This document shows, piece by piece, positions 29,816-38,989 of a stretch of DNA of 64,000 nucleotides (positions are counted from its first letter, which is position 1; each line of letters starts with the position of its first letter). A model generated the notes under the pieces. It had not been told where the DNA came from. It did no database searches and saw only the letters and a program-made list of their open reading frames with translations. The stretch is from an uncultured Veillonellaceae bacterium. Lineage in GTDB: Bacteria; Bacillota; Negativicutes; JARBTT01. Where the stretch lies: assembly GCA_963805085.1 (NCBI GenBank), contig CAWDTA010000002.1, positions 2,074,207 to 2,138,206 on the forward strand. Reading direction: 5' to 3'. A program made the translations under genes and the position numbers.

Positions 29816-29924
29816 CTACTCCAGCAATAAACTTAGCATTTTTTATATCTTGTTTTTTTTCTTCAGTACTTCTTCCTTTTTTGCTTTGCTGTTTTTCCAA
29901 GTCGCTGCTTTTTGTGTGAGTCAT
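29790..29924 (-). CDS. Unannotated 44-aa basic protein, probable small spore protein
   Basis: GGAGGTG SD; MTHTKSSDLEKQQSKKGRSTEEKKQDIKNAKFIAGVDRPNHPNT; upstream ACATA-15-GTAAACACTA sigma-F/G-like promoter; own terminator. Confidence 0.7.
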   Translation of the reverse strand: MTHTKSSDLEKQQSKKGRSTEEKKQDIKNAKFIAGVDRPNHPNT

Positions 29925-30060
29925 ACAATCACCTCCCGATTATAGTGTTTACGTTTAGCAATTGAGATATGTAATCGAAGGATATTGTTAAGTATTGTTA
30001 ATATCGCGACTTAGATTTGTTTTTTATATAGCAAATTGAAAGAAATTTAATGAAAAAATA

Positions 30061-30228
30061 TTATTCAAAAAAGTCTGCACGCATTGGTATAAATGCATCG
30101 AAGATGATAGAATCATCTTCAAGTGCTACAACTCCATGAATTACATTTTTGGCTGCGTGATAGGAGTCGCCCTTTTTAACAATTTTTTTCTCGTCTCCAA
30201 AGATAAGCTCGAAGATCGATTCCATCAT
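30061..30228 (-). pseudogene. C-terminal half of a KdgF-like cupin, 5'-truncated
   Basis: FELIFGDEKKIVKKGDSYHAAKNVIHGVVALEDDSIIFDAFIPMRADFFE; N-terminal HxH motif absent; break coincides with family C repeat. Confidence 0.7.
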
Positions 30229-30298
30229 GAAAATATTGCTGGAATATAAAGTGAGCCATTAAAACTGAAAAGGTCTTAATGGCTTTTTGCGTTTGTAG
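30217..30298 (+). repeat. Family C, copy 2 (degenerate acceptor end plus terminator module)
   Basis: cgattccatca then aaatattgctggaatataaagtgagccattaaaac..ggtcttaatggctttttg. Confidence 0.8.
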
Positions 30299-30419
30299 AC
30301 TGTCGATGATTGTAAAAAAGAAAATAATTTTAGAAATTAACAAATAAAAAAGATTTATTTGTTAATTAGTCTATACCTAGACCAAAATAACCGTCACTTT
30401 GTCGCACTTTTAGTCACTT

Positions 30420-31268
30420 CTATGCAATTTGCATGATAACAAGATGTGCTGAGACAGGTCTTGTTCCTCCAGCGAGAGGAGTGATGGTTAATGCCGTTGA
30501 ATTGCCAGCAGGATTCCGAACAGTCAGTATTGAATTGACTACGGTTGTCGTCACAAGAGCCATTTCTACTATCTGAGAAGTACCTGTTGCTCGCCCTACT
30601 ACCGTATAGGCTAGGTCAGCCCCATTGAGTGTTAAAATCAGTTGACCAGCTTCGGTCACACTTACCTGAAATAAGATCTGATAAGTGCCAATTGCAGACA
30701 AATTAAATGTGCTAGGCCCAGTACGGGCAATTGCAGTCCCACTAGTAGGTCCATCTTGTGGAAAACTTACGTCGGTACCAGGTGCAACTGTCGCTGCATT
30801 ATCAGGAGGCATCAAGGCAAAAAAGTCTGCAAAACTTAATATTCCTCCGGTAGCACCAGTAAGACCAGTGGCACCAGTGAGACCAGTAGCACCAGTTAAT
30901 CCAGTAGCACCAGTAAGACCAGTGGCGCCAGTCAATCCAGTAGCTCCAGAAGCACCAGTTAATCCGGTAGCACCAGTAAGACCAGTGGCGCCAGTCAATC
31001 CAGTAGCTCCAGTTAATCCAGTAGGACCAGTAGATCCAGTAGGACTACCTGCAGGTCCAGTTGCACCAGTGGCTCCTTGGGCACCTGGTTCCGGGATCAT
31101 AAAACATGTTGTCGGGAATTTATGGCACTTATGGCATTCATCATAATCTTTACATTTTTTACAATAGCGTTTTCTGTTTTTTTTATCATTATTTTGCAAT
31201 ATATCATTTGGTTTTGGGCTATTTATTGTACTTGTATCATTAGTGTCTGATGACTTATCTCTAGACAT
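30420..31268 (-). CDS. Collagen-like exosporium protein (BclA/BclB-like)
   Basis: Cys/Lys-rich N-terminus, GAT/GLT triplet tract, beta-rich C-terminal domain; sigma-K-like promoter. Confidence 0.88.
   Translation of the reverse strand: MSRDKSSDTNDTSTINSPKPNDILQNNDKKNRKRYCKKCKDYDECHKCHKFPTTCFMIPEPGAQGATGATGPAGSPTGSTGPTGLTGATGLTGATGLTGATGLTGASGATGLTGATGLTGATGLTGATGLTGATGLTGATGGILSFADFFALMPPDNAATVAPGTDVSFPQDGPTSGTAIARTGPSTFNLSAIGTYQILFQVSVTEAGQLILTLNGADLAYTVVGRATGTSQIVEMALVTTTVVNSILTVRNPAGNSTALTITPLAGGTRPVSAHLVIMQIA
30848..31085 (-). repeat. Collagen G-X-T tandem repeat (9/18-bp period)
   Basis: Alternating GAT-GLT codon triplets. Confidence 0.9.
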
Positions 31269-31309
31269 GCTATCAATAGCCTCCTTTAAAAATATTAGTG
31301 TTACATAAA

Positions 31310-31338
31310 TATAGTATGTATAATTCGTATTTAATGTG
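31310..31338 (-). promoter_or_regulatory. Putative sigma-K promoter
   Basis: CACA-16-CATActaTA on the minus strand. Confidence 0.6.
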
Positions 31339-31508
31339 TTTGCAAATGGATTATATTAAATAACAGCGATTAGAGTTTTTATCAAATAGATTTTGAACGT
31401 AGGTGAGATTGTATAGAATGCGTGGTTCGTCTGGTAGGAAGAAAAGACACTATTTTGCTATGCTTGAAGTTCGTGTCTACTTTGCGACCAACGAGAAGTT
31501 GATACACT

Positions 31509-31538
31509 ACATAGATGACAATCTGGTTGGTAATACTA
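31509..31538 (+). promoter_or_regulatory. Putative sigma-F/G promoter
   Basis: ACATA-15-GGTAATACTA. Confidence 0.6.
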
Positions 31539-31571
31539 TAGCATTATCTTGCATATTGAAGGAGATTAAAA

Positions 31572-31787
31572 ATGACTGAAAATTATGATTCAATGGATGA
31601 ATTGGATGCATCACTTCCTGATAAACATGAGATTGCTAAAGATCTTGGAATACCACTAGACAAGGGGGATAACGGAGACTTGACGACCGAGGAAGTAGGG
31701 AAGATTGGTGGCAGAATCGGTGGAGAAAAAGTAAAAAAAATGATCCAGGCAGCTGAAGACCAGATGGCACAAAGAGATAGTCATTAA
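31572..31787 (+). CDS. Alpha/beta-type SASP, paralogue of 19628-19855
   Basis: KHEIAKDLG..NGDLTTEEVGKIGG..VKKMIQAAE. Confidence 0.88.
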   Translation: MTENYDSMDELDASLPDKHEIAKDLGIPLDKGDNGDLTTEEVGKIGGRIGGEKVKKMIQAAEDQMAQRDSH

Positions 31788-31980
31788 ATCTTTGACAAAT
31801 AAGAAATATCCTTTTTAGCAGTAATCATCGCTCTTGCATCGTTTCCACAAGCATTCGATAATTGAGTGGACATTTTTTAGATACCAGCGAATGCGTAGTA
31901 GTATAATCTCAGATTCGAAATGCTTCTATTTAAATAAATTCTATGACATTTTTTACACCATAAACTGATCAATAATATGA

Positions 31981-32012
31981 AAATCCACATGACTAAAGTG
32001 TCATGTGGATTT
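31981..32012. terminator. Bidirectional terminator
   Basis: aaatccacatgac / gtcatgtggattt between convergent genes. Confidence 0.75.
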
Positions 32013-32074
32013 TCAATTTAATTTCATCTATATATTTTTGAGGCTAAATAATAAATAGATATAATGTCAATAAG

Positions 32075-33316
32075 TTATATCCAATTTCGGAGCAATCGCC
32101 AGAGAAAGCTTGGAGGATTGATTTGCTCTGAATTTTGAAGAGGAATTTGCTGAATAGATTGACCATGCTCAACTTTTAAAGTTGCTATATTAGAGCCACT
32201 CGGAATCGGTAATTGAGTATCCTGAACGTCAACCAGAAGAGAAGCAGTCATACCAGGATATCCCCAAATTTGTACCGGTTTATCAGAAATCAAATCACTG
32301 TTGCTATTCCACGGATCTATTATCTGTCCATAACCATTTGCCGAAGGAGGTAGTGGATATAATTTTATCTGTGAACGAACCTGATCCAAAATTTGTGCAT
32401 TTGCGTCTAATGCGTCTTGCAAGGATTGGGCAGTCTTTTGACCAAGAACAGCTCCAATAATATAATGCTTATCCGCTCCAACACCTATAGGTGTTGCCGA
32501 TACAAAGCAACCGCCAGCGGCTAAAGTAGACCCTGTCTTAATTCCCACAATTCCATGCTGTCCAAGCATATTATCCACATTATAAATAATACCAGCGGTC
32601 TGAAAGGTAGCTTGCGGCATGGAAACGATTTCACGGAAAGTCGGATCTTGCATGGCAGCCTGCGCAATTTTAATTTGATCGACTGCGCTACTAACTGTCG
32701 CTTCGCTTACACCACTAACGTCCGCATAGTGAGTCGAAGTCATTCCAAGGGATTGAGCAGTTTCATTCATTTTTGCAATAAACGCATCATCAGATCCAGC
32801 GACCCATCGTGCTAAATTAGTTGCGATGTTGTCTGCTGAAGGAAGTAAGAGAGCTTCCAAGAGCTGCTTCTCGGTTAATTGTTCGCCCTCTTTAATCTCC
32901 ATTACAGAGTAATCCAGCGCTAAGTCATTTTTGTAATTTGTAACATCTTCTGCTGTCATGGTTAAAGTGGGTCCAACTTCTCCAGGCTTTAAAGGATGAG
33001 CCTGTAATACTAAATAAGCCGTCATGATTTTCGTTACGCTAGCAATGGGAACGGGAGCTTGATCGGGTGAAGAAGCAATTACACTCAAGTTGTCAGTACC
33101 AACAGCCGACTCCCCTTGTTGTGGAAATGTAACGGCGAATTGACCGGGTAAGGTAATAGTAGTGGTCGTCGGTTTTCCCTCGATTTTTGAGTAATTTCTA
33201 ACAAAATGGAAAATACCTATAGTGCAAATTAAGACAATAAGTAATATTAAAATTCTGCTTGAGGAGAAAAAGGAATTAGCAGAACTAGATGAGGATTGTT
33301 GCGATTTGAAAGCCAT
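32075..33316 (-). CDS. D-alanyl-D-alanine carboxypeptidase (S11)
   Basis: IASVTK (SxxK), LLPSADN, KTG; N-terminal TM. Confidence 0.88.
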   Translation of the reverse strand: MAFKSQQSSSSSANSFFSSSRILILLIVLICTIGIFHFVRNYSKIEGKPTTTTITLPGQFAVTFPQQGESAVGTDNLSVIASSPDQAPVPIASVTKIMTAYLVLQAHPLKPGEVGPTLTMTAEDVTNYKNDLALDYSVMEIKEGEQLTEKQLLEALLLPSADNIATNLARWVAGSDDAFIAKMNETAQSLGMTSTHYADVSGVSEATVSSAVDQIKIAQAAMQDPTFREIVSMPQATFQTAGIIYNVDNMLGQHGIVGIKTGSTLAAGGCFVSATPIGVGADKHYIIGAVLGQKTAQSLQDALDANAQILDQVRSQIKLYPLPPSANGYGQIIDPWNSNSDLISDKPVQIWGYPGMTASLLVDVQDTQLPIPSGSNIATLKVEHGQSIQQIPLQNSEQINPPSFLWRLLRNWI

Positions 33317-33710
33317 AATTTAACCTCCTTAAAAGAAATAGAAATACTTATTTACTGCAATTTATTATACAGGAGTGCTAAAAATTCTACAATGGGCATC
33401 ATTTGGCATATATGGTGACCTAAACCAACGTAATCTATACTTAAAATTGTACACGTTGCTCACTACCACTGGACTATAGTGAGTTAAATCGGGCATTATT
33501 TCATTTGAAAAATATGATTACTAGTGCTATTTGATGCAATGGACACTCGTTACATAATTATGCCATATAATGAACTGTAATAATTTATTATGCTGGATGG
33601 TGATTATTATTCTTAAGAGACGTCATTTTATAAGGCCAATGAATGCATTCTCCTTAGGTAATTTGTGCGTGGCGCTGAAAAAAGCAATCAAAGTATGGGC
33701 AGAGCGGCCA

Positions 33711-33833
33711 TTGTTATTCTTTTTTGTTACATATATAATAACACTATAATAATTTAGCGATAAAACTGTATGGCAATGACGCCTGAGCTTGCGGAGAATT
33801 CCGGCAAGGAGGCGCAGGCTATGCAGTTTTTTG
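33711..33833 (+). promoter_or_regulatory. Promoter plus leader with ANTAR-type hairpin overlapping a terminator
   Basis: TTGTTA-17-TATAAT; GGC-AATGAC-GCC (33772-33783) overlaps the 5' arm of aaaactgtatggc / gctatgcagtttttt. Confidence 0.6.
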
Positions 33834-33855
33834 TATTTAATTGAGGGGGATTACT

Positions 33856-34704
33856 ATGACTTATGTAAAAAATGCAACCAATACATTAAAAAAAGTTTTG
33901 TTATGTCCACCCACGTATTTTGAATTTGAACCCATCAATGTGATTACTGAGGATTGGCTAAAGAAGGGTGAAATGGTCAATAAGGTGGAATGCCTGCGTG
34001 AGCATGCAGATTTTGTACAGGCGTATCAAGAAAACGGCGTAGAAGTCGTTCTGATGGATCCGACACCGGGACTTACCTACGAAGTTTTTGCCAGGGATTT
34101 TGGTGGATGTGTTGACGAAGGGTATATTATGGGGAAATTTAGAGAGCCTTGCCGCGATGGAGAAACAGCAAAATATGAAGCGAAGATGAAAGAATTGGGA
34201 ATACCGGTCATTGCACGTTGTACAGCAGGTGCCTTTGAAGGTGGAGATTTCTGGATGCTAGATGAATATACAATTGCGCATGGTATTATTGCCAGAACCG
34301 ACCAAGATGGTTATGATAATGTGGCTCGTCAAATGCAGGAATTGGGCTATAACATGGTGGGAATTCCGTGTCATCGGGAAAATTTGCATTTAGATATGTG
34401 CTTTAATATTGTCGCAGATAAAGTGGCGGTAGTGTGTAAAGCGGCTTTACCGGACTTTTTCTTAAAAATGTTAGAAAAACGAAAGTTTACTCTAATTGAT
34501 GTACCGCAGGAAGGGGTTTTTCGTCATTACTGTAATTTGCAGTCATTAGGTGACGATAGGGTAATTTCTTTTACCAATAATAAGCTTGTCAATGAAAAGA
34601 TGCATTCGCTTGGGTTAACAGTCATTGCCATTGAACTTGTGGAAATTCTCAAAGGCGGAGGCGGACCGCATTGTATGACCTTCCCGTTGCAAAGAGCAGA
34701 ATAA
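33856..34704 (+). CDS. Amidinotransferase/deiminase (pentein) family enzyme, DDAH/ADI-like
   Basis: FARD, FEGGD, HLD and GGGPHCMT catalytic motifs. Confidence 0.88.
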   Translation: MTYVKNATNTLKKVLLCPPTYFEFEPINVITEDWLKKGEMVNKVECLREHADFVQAYQENGVEVVLMDPTPGLTYEVFARDFGGCVDEGYIMGKFREPCRDGETAKYEAKMKELGIPVIARCTAGAFEGGDFWMLDEYTIAHGIIARTDQDGYDNVARQMQELGYNMVGIPCHRENLHLDMCFNIVADKVAVVCKAALPDFFLKMLEKRKFTLIDVPQEGVFRHYCNLQSLGDDRVISFTNNKLVNEKMHSLGLTVIAIELVEILKGGGGPHCMTFPLQRAE

Positions 34705-34726
34705 TATAGTTTCGTATCGAATGATT

Positions 34727-34772
34727 AGGCAAAGGCGCTTAAAAAAATTTAAGCTGCTTTTTGCCTTTTTTT
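34727..34772 (+). promoter_or_regulatory. Internal terminator with overlapping ANTAR-type hairpin
   Basis: AGGC-AAAGGC-GCTT forms the 5' arm of aggcaaaggcgcttaaa / tttaagctgctttttgcct plus T-tract. Confidence 0.6.
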
Positions 34773-34849
34773 AATAAATATGTGGCTCTACCAGGAGAAG
34801 TAAAGCGGTTATCCGCAGCGTCATGAAATGCCATGCAGGGGGAGAAAGA

Positions 34850-35644
34850 ATGAAAAATGATTTTAGATTGCGTCAAGATATCTGCAAGCAGACATATTTT
34901 CTAATTACGGTTGCCACCTTTGCCTTTATCATTGGCTGTTGGACACTGGCTACGGTCAGTGGAATGGTAAAACCCATGTTTTTGCCGCAACTTTCTAGTG
35001 TCTTTATTAATATTATTGAAGGAATTAAGGACAACAGTCTATGTGAGAATGCAGCGGTCAGTATTTATCGTGTTACGATGGGATTTTTGGCAGCGGCAGC
35101 TTTAGGTATACCGCTAGGCATTTTATGTGGTTCATTTAAAAAAGTCGAAGCGGTAATCGGACCATTGTGTGAATTTATCCGTTACATGCCAGTACCAGCA
35201 TTCGTTCCTTTAGTCATGGTTTGGGCGGGGATTGATGAAGTGGCTAAGATTGTCGTGGTGTTTATTGGAACATTTTTTCAAATGGCTTTAATGATTGCCG
35301 ATGATGCTAGGTCGGTGCCAGAAGATTTGCTATCAGCGAGTTATACACTGGGGACAAAACGCTGGAGTACTATTTTTAAAGTTTTGATTCCGGCGATGGG
35401 ACCTAGAATTATGCTTACATTACGGATTACGATTGGCTGGGCATGGACATATTTGGTTGTTGCCGAACTGGTGGCTTCAAATTCTGGTCTTGGTTATACG
35501 ATTTTGAGGGCGCAACGCTTTTTCAATACAGATGCTATTTTTGCCGGTATTTTGATTATTGGGATATTGGGATTGATTACTGATAGGCTGTTTGCAATAA
35601 CCATCAAAAAAATGTTTCCATGGGATGAAAGGAGCAGTTCATGA
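34850..35644 (+). CDS. ABC transporter permease, NitT/TauT family
   Basis: FIRYMPVPAF, LRITIGWAWTYLVVAEL. Confidence 0.92.
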   Translation: MKNDFRLRQDICKQTYFLITVATFAFIIGCWTLATVSGMVKPMFLPQLSSVFINIIEGIKDNSLCENAAVSIYRVTMGFLAAAALGIPLGILCGSFKKVEAVIGPLCEFIRYMPVPAFVPLVMVWAGIDEVAKIVVVFIGTFFQMALMIADDARSVPEDLLSASYTLGTKRWSTIFKVLIPAMGPRIMLTLRITIGWAWTYLVVAELVASNSGLGYTILRAQRFFNTDAIFAGILIIGILGLITDRLFAITIKKMFPWDERSSS

Positions 35645-36471
35645 TGGAGATACAACCAGAGTGTGCTGTTCAACAGACTACTGCATTAGAAGAAAGTGCG
35701 GCAAAAAGTAAGATTAGGCTTTGCAATATTGACAAGGTATATAAAACGAAAAAAACAACGTTTACGGCGATCAAGGATGTAACTATAAATATTGAGGATA
35801 ATGATTTTGTCTGCATTATTGGTCCATCTGGCTGCGGAAAGTCTACTTTACTGCACATGCTTGCCGGGCTTGATTTTCCAACTCAAGGCGAGATTCTGAT
35901 TAATAATCAGCGGGTAACCTGCCCAGGGGCTGATCGTGGTATGGTTTTTCAAACATACACGCTTTTTCCGTGGATGACTGTCGAAGAAAATATAAAATTT
36001 GGCTTAAAGCTAAAGAAAATGCCAGTTGATCAGATGAATGAAATCGTGGATAAATATCTGCAAAGTATTCAACTAACTAAATTTCGTCATAGTTATCCAC
36101 GAGAGCTATCGGGTGGGATGAAGCAACGCGTAGCCATAGCCCGGGCGCTGGCCAATCAGCCAGAAGTGCTCTTGATGGACGAACCCTTCGGGGCGCTAGA
36201 TCAGCATACGAAAAGCAATATGCAATTATTGCTGCGTGAAATTTGGCAGAAAGAACGACCAACCATTATATTTGTAACGCATGATATCGATGAAGCTGTG
36301 TTTCTAGCGAATAAAATTTTTGTAATGGTAACGCACCCTGGCACGCTTAAACAAGTTGTCAATGTTGAGATGGGGCAAAACCGTAGTTTGGACATAAAAG
36401 ATACCATGGAATTTATTAATTTCCGTAAATATATTAATCAATTGTTATATGCTGAGAGTGCAGGAGAATAA
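35641..36471 (+). CDS. ABC transporter ATP-binding protein, NitT/TauT family
   Basis: GPSGCGKST, LSGGMKQR, MDEPFGALD. Confidence 0.95.
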   Translation: MMEIQPECAVQQTTALEESAAKSKIRLCNIDKVYKTKKTTFTAIKDVTINIEDNDFVCIIGPSGCGKSTLLHMLAGLDFPTQGEILINNQRVTCPGADRGMVFQTYTLFPWMTVEENIKFGLKLKKMPVDQMNEIVDKYLQSIQLTKFRHSYPRELSGGMKQRVAIARALANQPEVLLMDEPFGALDQHTKSNMQLLLREIWQKERPTIIFVTHDIDEAVFLANKIFVMVTHPGTLKQVVNVEMGQNRSLDIKDTMEFINFRKYINQLLYAESAGE

Positions 36472-36501
36472 AACAATTAAAAAAATGAGGGGGAAATAGT
36501 T

Positions 36502-37518
36502 ATGAGTAAGAAAAATATAATGAGTTTCTTGTTAGCTGGGTTACTTCTGACATTTTTAGTTTCAGGTTGTGGTGGAGCAAAATCTGCGGAAAAAGCTGAA
36601 AACTCGAAAGAACCTATGAAAGTAAGGATTGGTTTTACATCCTGGCCGACGAATATGCTCGCTTATGTTGCACAAGAAAAGGGGATATTTCAGAAAAATG
36701 GCTTGGAGGTCTCTCTGAAAGAATTTCCTTCTACTACGGAAAGCAGTAACGCATTTTTATCGGGAAATTTGGATATGTGTACGTATCCAGCTCCAGATAC
36801 CATTCCACCAGTAAGTGAAGGAGCTAAATTCAAAGTCATTATGATGACAGATAAATCTCTAGGATCAGATGGTCTAGTGTCTAAACCAGAAATCCAAAGT
36901 ATTAAGGATCTAAAAGGCAAGACAATAGCGACTCAGCTTTACAGCGTAGATCATATGTATTTACTGACTTTGCTTGATAATGCCGGAATGTCGGCAGATG
37001 ATGTAAAAATTGTGGATATGAGTATGGCGGATGCTGGCAATGCTTTTTTGGCAGGTAAAGTGGATGCTGCTTCTATTTGGGAACCTTATTTAGGTAAAGC
37101 TGTAAATGGTGGTGGAAAACTATTATATTCCACTAAGGATAATCCAGATTTGATTACCGATTGTATTGCTGCTTCAGCAGATATGATCAAAGAGCATCCA
37201 GAGACTGTTACAGCTTTTGTGAAAAGTTGGAATGAAACCGTATTATATTGGCAAAGCAATCGTGATGAAGTAGAAGCTATTATGGCCAAAAAGATGAATG
37301 TTTCACCCAAAGAATGTCATGAGATGATGGATACATTGGTTATTACAACGGCTAAAGATAGCATTGCAGGTTTTACTAAGGCAGACAAGGCTACGTATTG
37401 GGGATATACACAACAGAAAATTGCTTCCTTCCTAAAGGATTTGAAAGTAATCAAAAAAGATGTTGATGCTGCTACAATTATTGATGATACTTTTGTAAAA
37501 AAAGTGGCTAATGAATAA
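36502..37518 (+). CDS. ABC substrate-binding lipoprotein (SsuA/TauA-like)
   Basis: Lipobox VSGC, DLKGKTIA, VDAASIWEP. Confidence 0.9.
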   Translation: MSKKNIMSFLLAGLLLTFLVSGCGGAKSAEKAENSKEPMKVRIGFTSWPTNMLAYVAQEKGIFQKNGLEVSLKEFPSTTESSNAFLSGNLDMCTYPAPDTIPPVSEGAKFKVIMMTDKSLGSDGLVSKPEIQSIKDLKGKTIATQLYSVDHMYLLTLLDNAGMSADDVKIVDMSMADAGNAFLAGKVDAASIWEPYLGKAVNGGGKLLYSTKDNPDLITDCIAASADMIKEHPETVTAFVKSWNETVLYWQSNRDEVEAIMAKKMNVSPKECHEMMDTLVITTAKDSIAGFTKADKATYWGYTQQKIASFLKDLKVIKKDVDAATIIDDTFVKKVANE

Positions 37519-37614
37519 TAAAAATAGCTCTGGCTGTTGGCAAGAAAATTTATAGACAAGCTGTCAGAGCACCTATATTCATCGTTGTGGAGTTTCAAGA
37601 AAAGAGGTTTTCTT

Positions 37615-38850
37615 ATGGAGTTTGATTTGCAGCAGGCGGCAAGAACAGTGATCAGTGAGTTAAGAGAATTAGCTCAGCTTACCTCGAATGAAGATGGGGC
37701 GCAACGGGTAGCCTGGACGCCTATATGGGATCGGTCTGTAGAATGGTTTAAAGGAAAAATGAAGGCAGAAGGTGCAGAAATATTTATTGATGCGGCACAT
37801 AATGTATGGGCCAAAATCCAAGGTGAAAGTGATGATGCCATCGTCATCGGTAGTCATTTGGATTGTGTTCCAAATGGCGGGTGGTTAGACGGTGCATTAG
37901 GCGTTGTGGCCGGTATGGGAATTCTCAGACGTTATGGAAAGAATGGTGTAAAGCCAAAGCATACCCTTTATGTGGTGAACTGGGCTGATGAAGAGGGCGC
38001 GCGCTTTGGCTACAGTTGTGTTGGTTCAGCGGCCGTGAGTGGAGCCATAGATGTGAAAACTATCGAAAGCCTTCGAGACAATAACGATATTTGTTTTGCT
38101 GATGCGTTAAAAATGTATTGTTTAGAGATAAACGATCTTATCAACGCGAGAAAAGAATTTTTGGATAAACCTATGAAAAGCTATCTCGAACTGCATATTG
38201 AGCAGGCACCTTTGCTTGAACAACAGGGGAAAGCGGTTGCCTGTGTGTATGGGATTACGGGATGTCAGCGACAATATATAACTTTCAAGGGGCAGCCGTC
38301 ACATTCCGGTTCTCCGATTGCTATGCGCCATGATGCATTTCTGGCTGCAGCGCAGGCTTCTCTTGGCTTTCGTGAGCTTGGTCTCAAATATGATGCGTAT
38401 TGTACCGTGGGGAAGGTTGAGGTATGGCCAAATGTCGTGACGATATTTCCGGGAACGTGCCGCATTTCTTTGGATCAGCGCTCAATTGACGAGGATGTTT
38501 TAGCGAAGATAGTACAAGAAGCCAAGGTAATCGCCGAAAAAGTAGCAGCTGAGCATGGAGTGGAGGTAACCTTTGAATCAGTCTGGAGTAATCCACCGAC
38601 AATATTTCCCGAAAAGCTAGTGACGCTTTGTCAGGAAGCGGTAGCAGAGGAAACTGGGGACCAGACAAGTATGTTTTCTGGACCGTTGCATGATGCGGCC
38701 GAAATTGCAAAAATTGTTCCGTCGGTTATGATGTTTGCCATGTCTACCAAGGGGGTATCACACTGTAAGGAAGAGGATACACCTGATCGAGAGCTGGAGT
38801 CGGCAATTTGTGCCTTTTTCCGTTTGGCTGATAAGGTGGTACAGGCTTAA
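37615..38850 (+). CDS. Zn-dependent N-carbamoyl-amino-acid amidohydrolase (M20, hydantoinase/carbamoylase family)
   Basis: GSHLDCVPNGGWLDGALG, DEEGARF, ELHIEQ, SGPLHDA, GVSHCKEE. Confidence 0.9.
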   Translation: MEFDLQQAARTVISELRELAQLTSNEDGAQRVAWTPIWDRSVEWFKGKMKAEGAEIFIDAAHNVWAKIQGESDDAIVIGSHLDCVPNGGWLDGALGVVAGMGILRRYGKNGVKPKHTLYVVNWADEEGARFGYSCVGSAAVSGAIDVKTIESLRDNNDICFADALKMYCLEINDLINARKEFLDKPMKSYLELHIEQAPLLEQQGKAVACVYGITGCQRQYITFKGQPSHSGSPIAMRHDAFLAAAQASLGFRELGLKYDAYCTVGKVEVWPNVVTIFPGTCRISLDQRSIDEDVLAKIVQEAKVIAEKVAAEHGVEVTFESVWSNPPTIFPEKLVTLCQEAVAEETGDQTSMFSGPLHDAAEIAKIVPSVMMFAMSTKGVSHCKEEDTPDRELESAICAFFRLADKVVQA

Positions 38851-38855
38851 AAGAG

Positions 38856-38897
38856 ATCCGGTCAAAAAGGCTCCAAGTCATTTTGACCGGGATTTTT
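38856..38897 (+). terminator. Intrinsic terminator
   Basis: tccggtcaaaa / ttttgaccggga plus T-tract. Confidence 0.7.
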
Positions 38898-38989
38898 GGG
38901 CTGAACGCACTCTTTAATAGCTTTTAACTGTGTTATAATAAAATATACTAGACGCTGCCTTATTTATGTTTTTTGGGAGGCCGATAAAA

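Noticed and set aside
30685-31146. 153-aa PVAPV-repeat ORF
   Set aside because: Antisense shadow of the collagen G-X-T tract
33750-33855. Guanidine riboswitch before the amidinotransferase operon
   Set aside because: No ykkC core or paired ACGR-loop hairpins seen; the ANTAR-like hairpin explains the leader better
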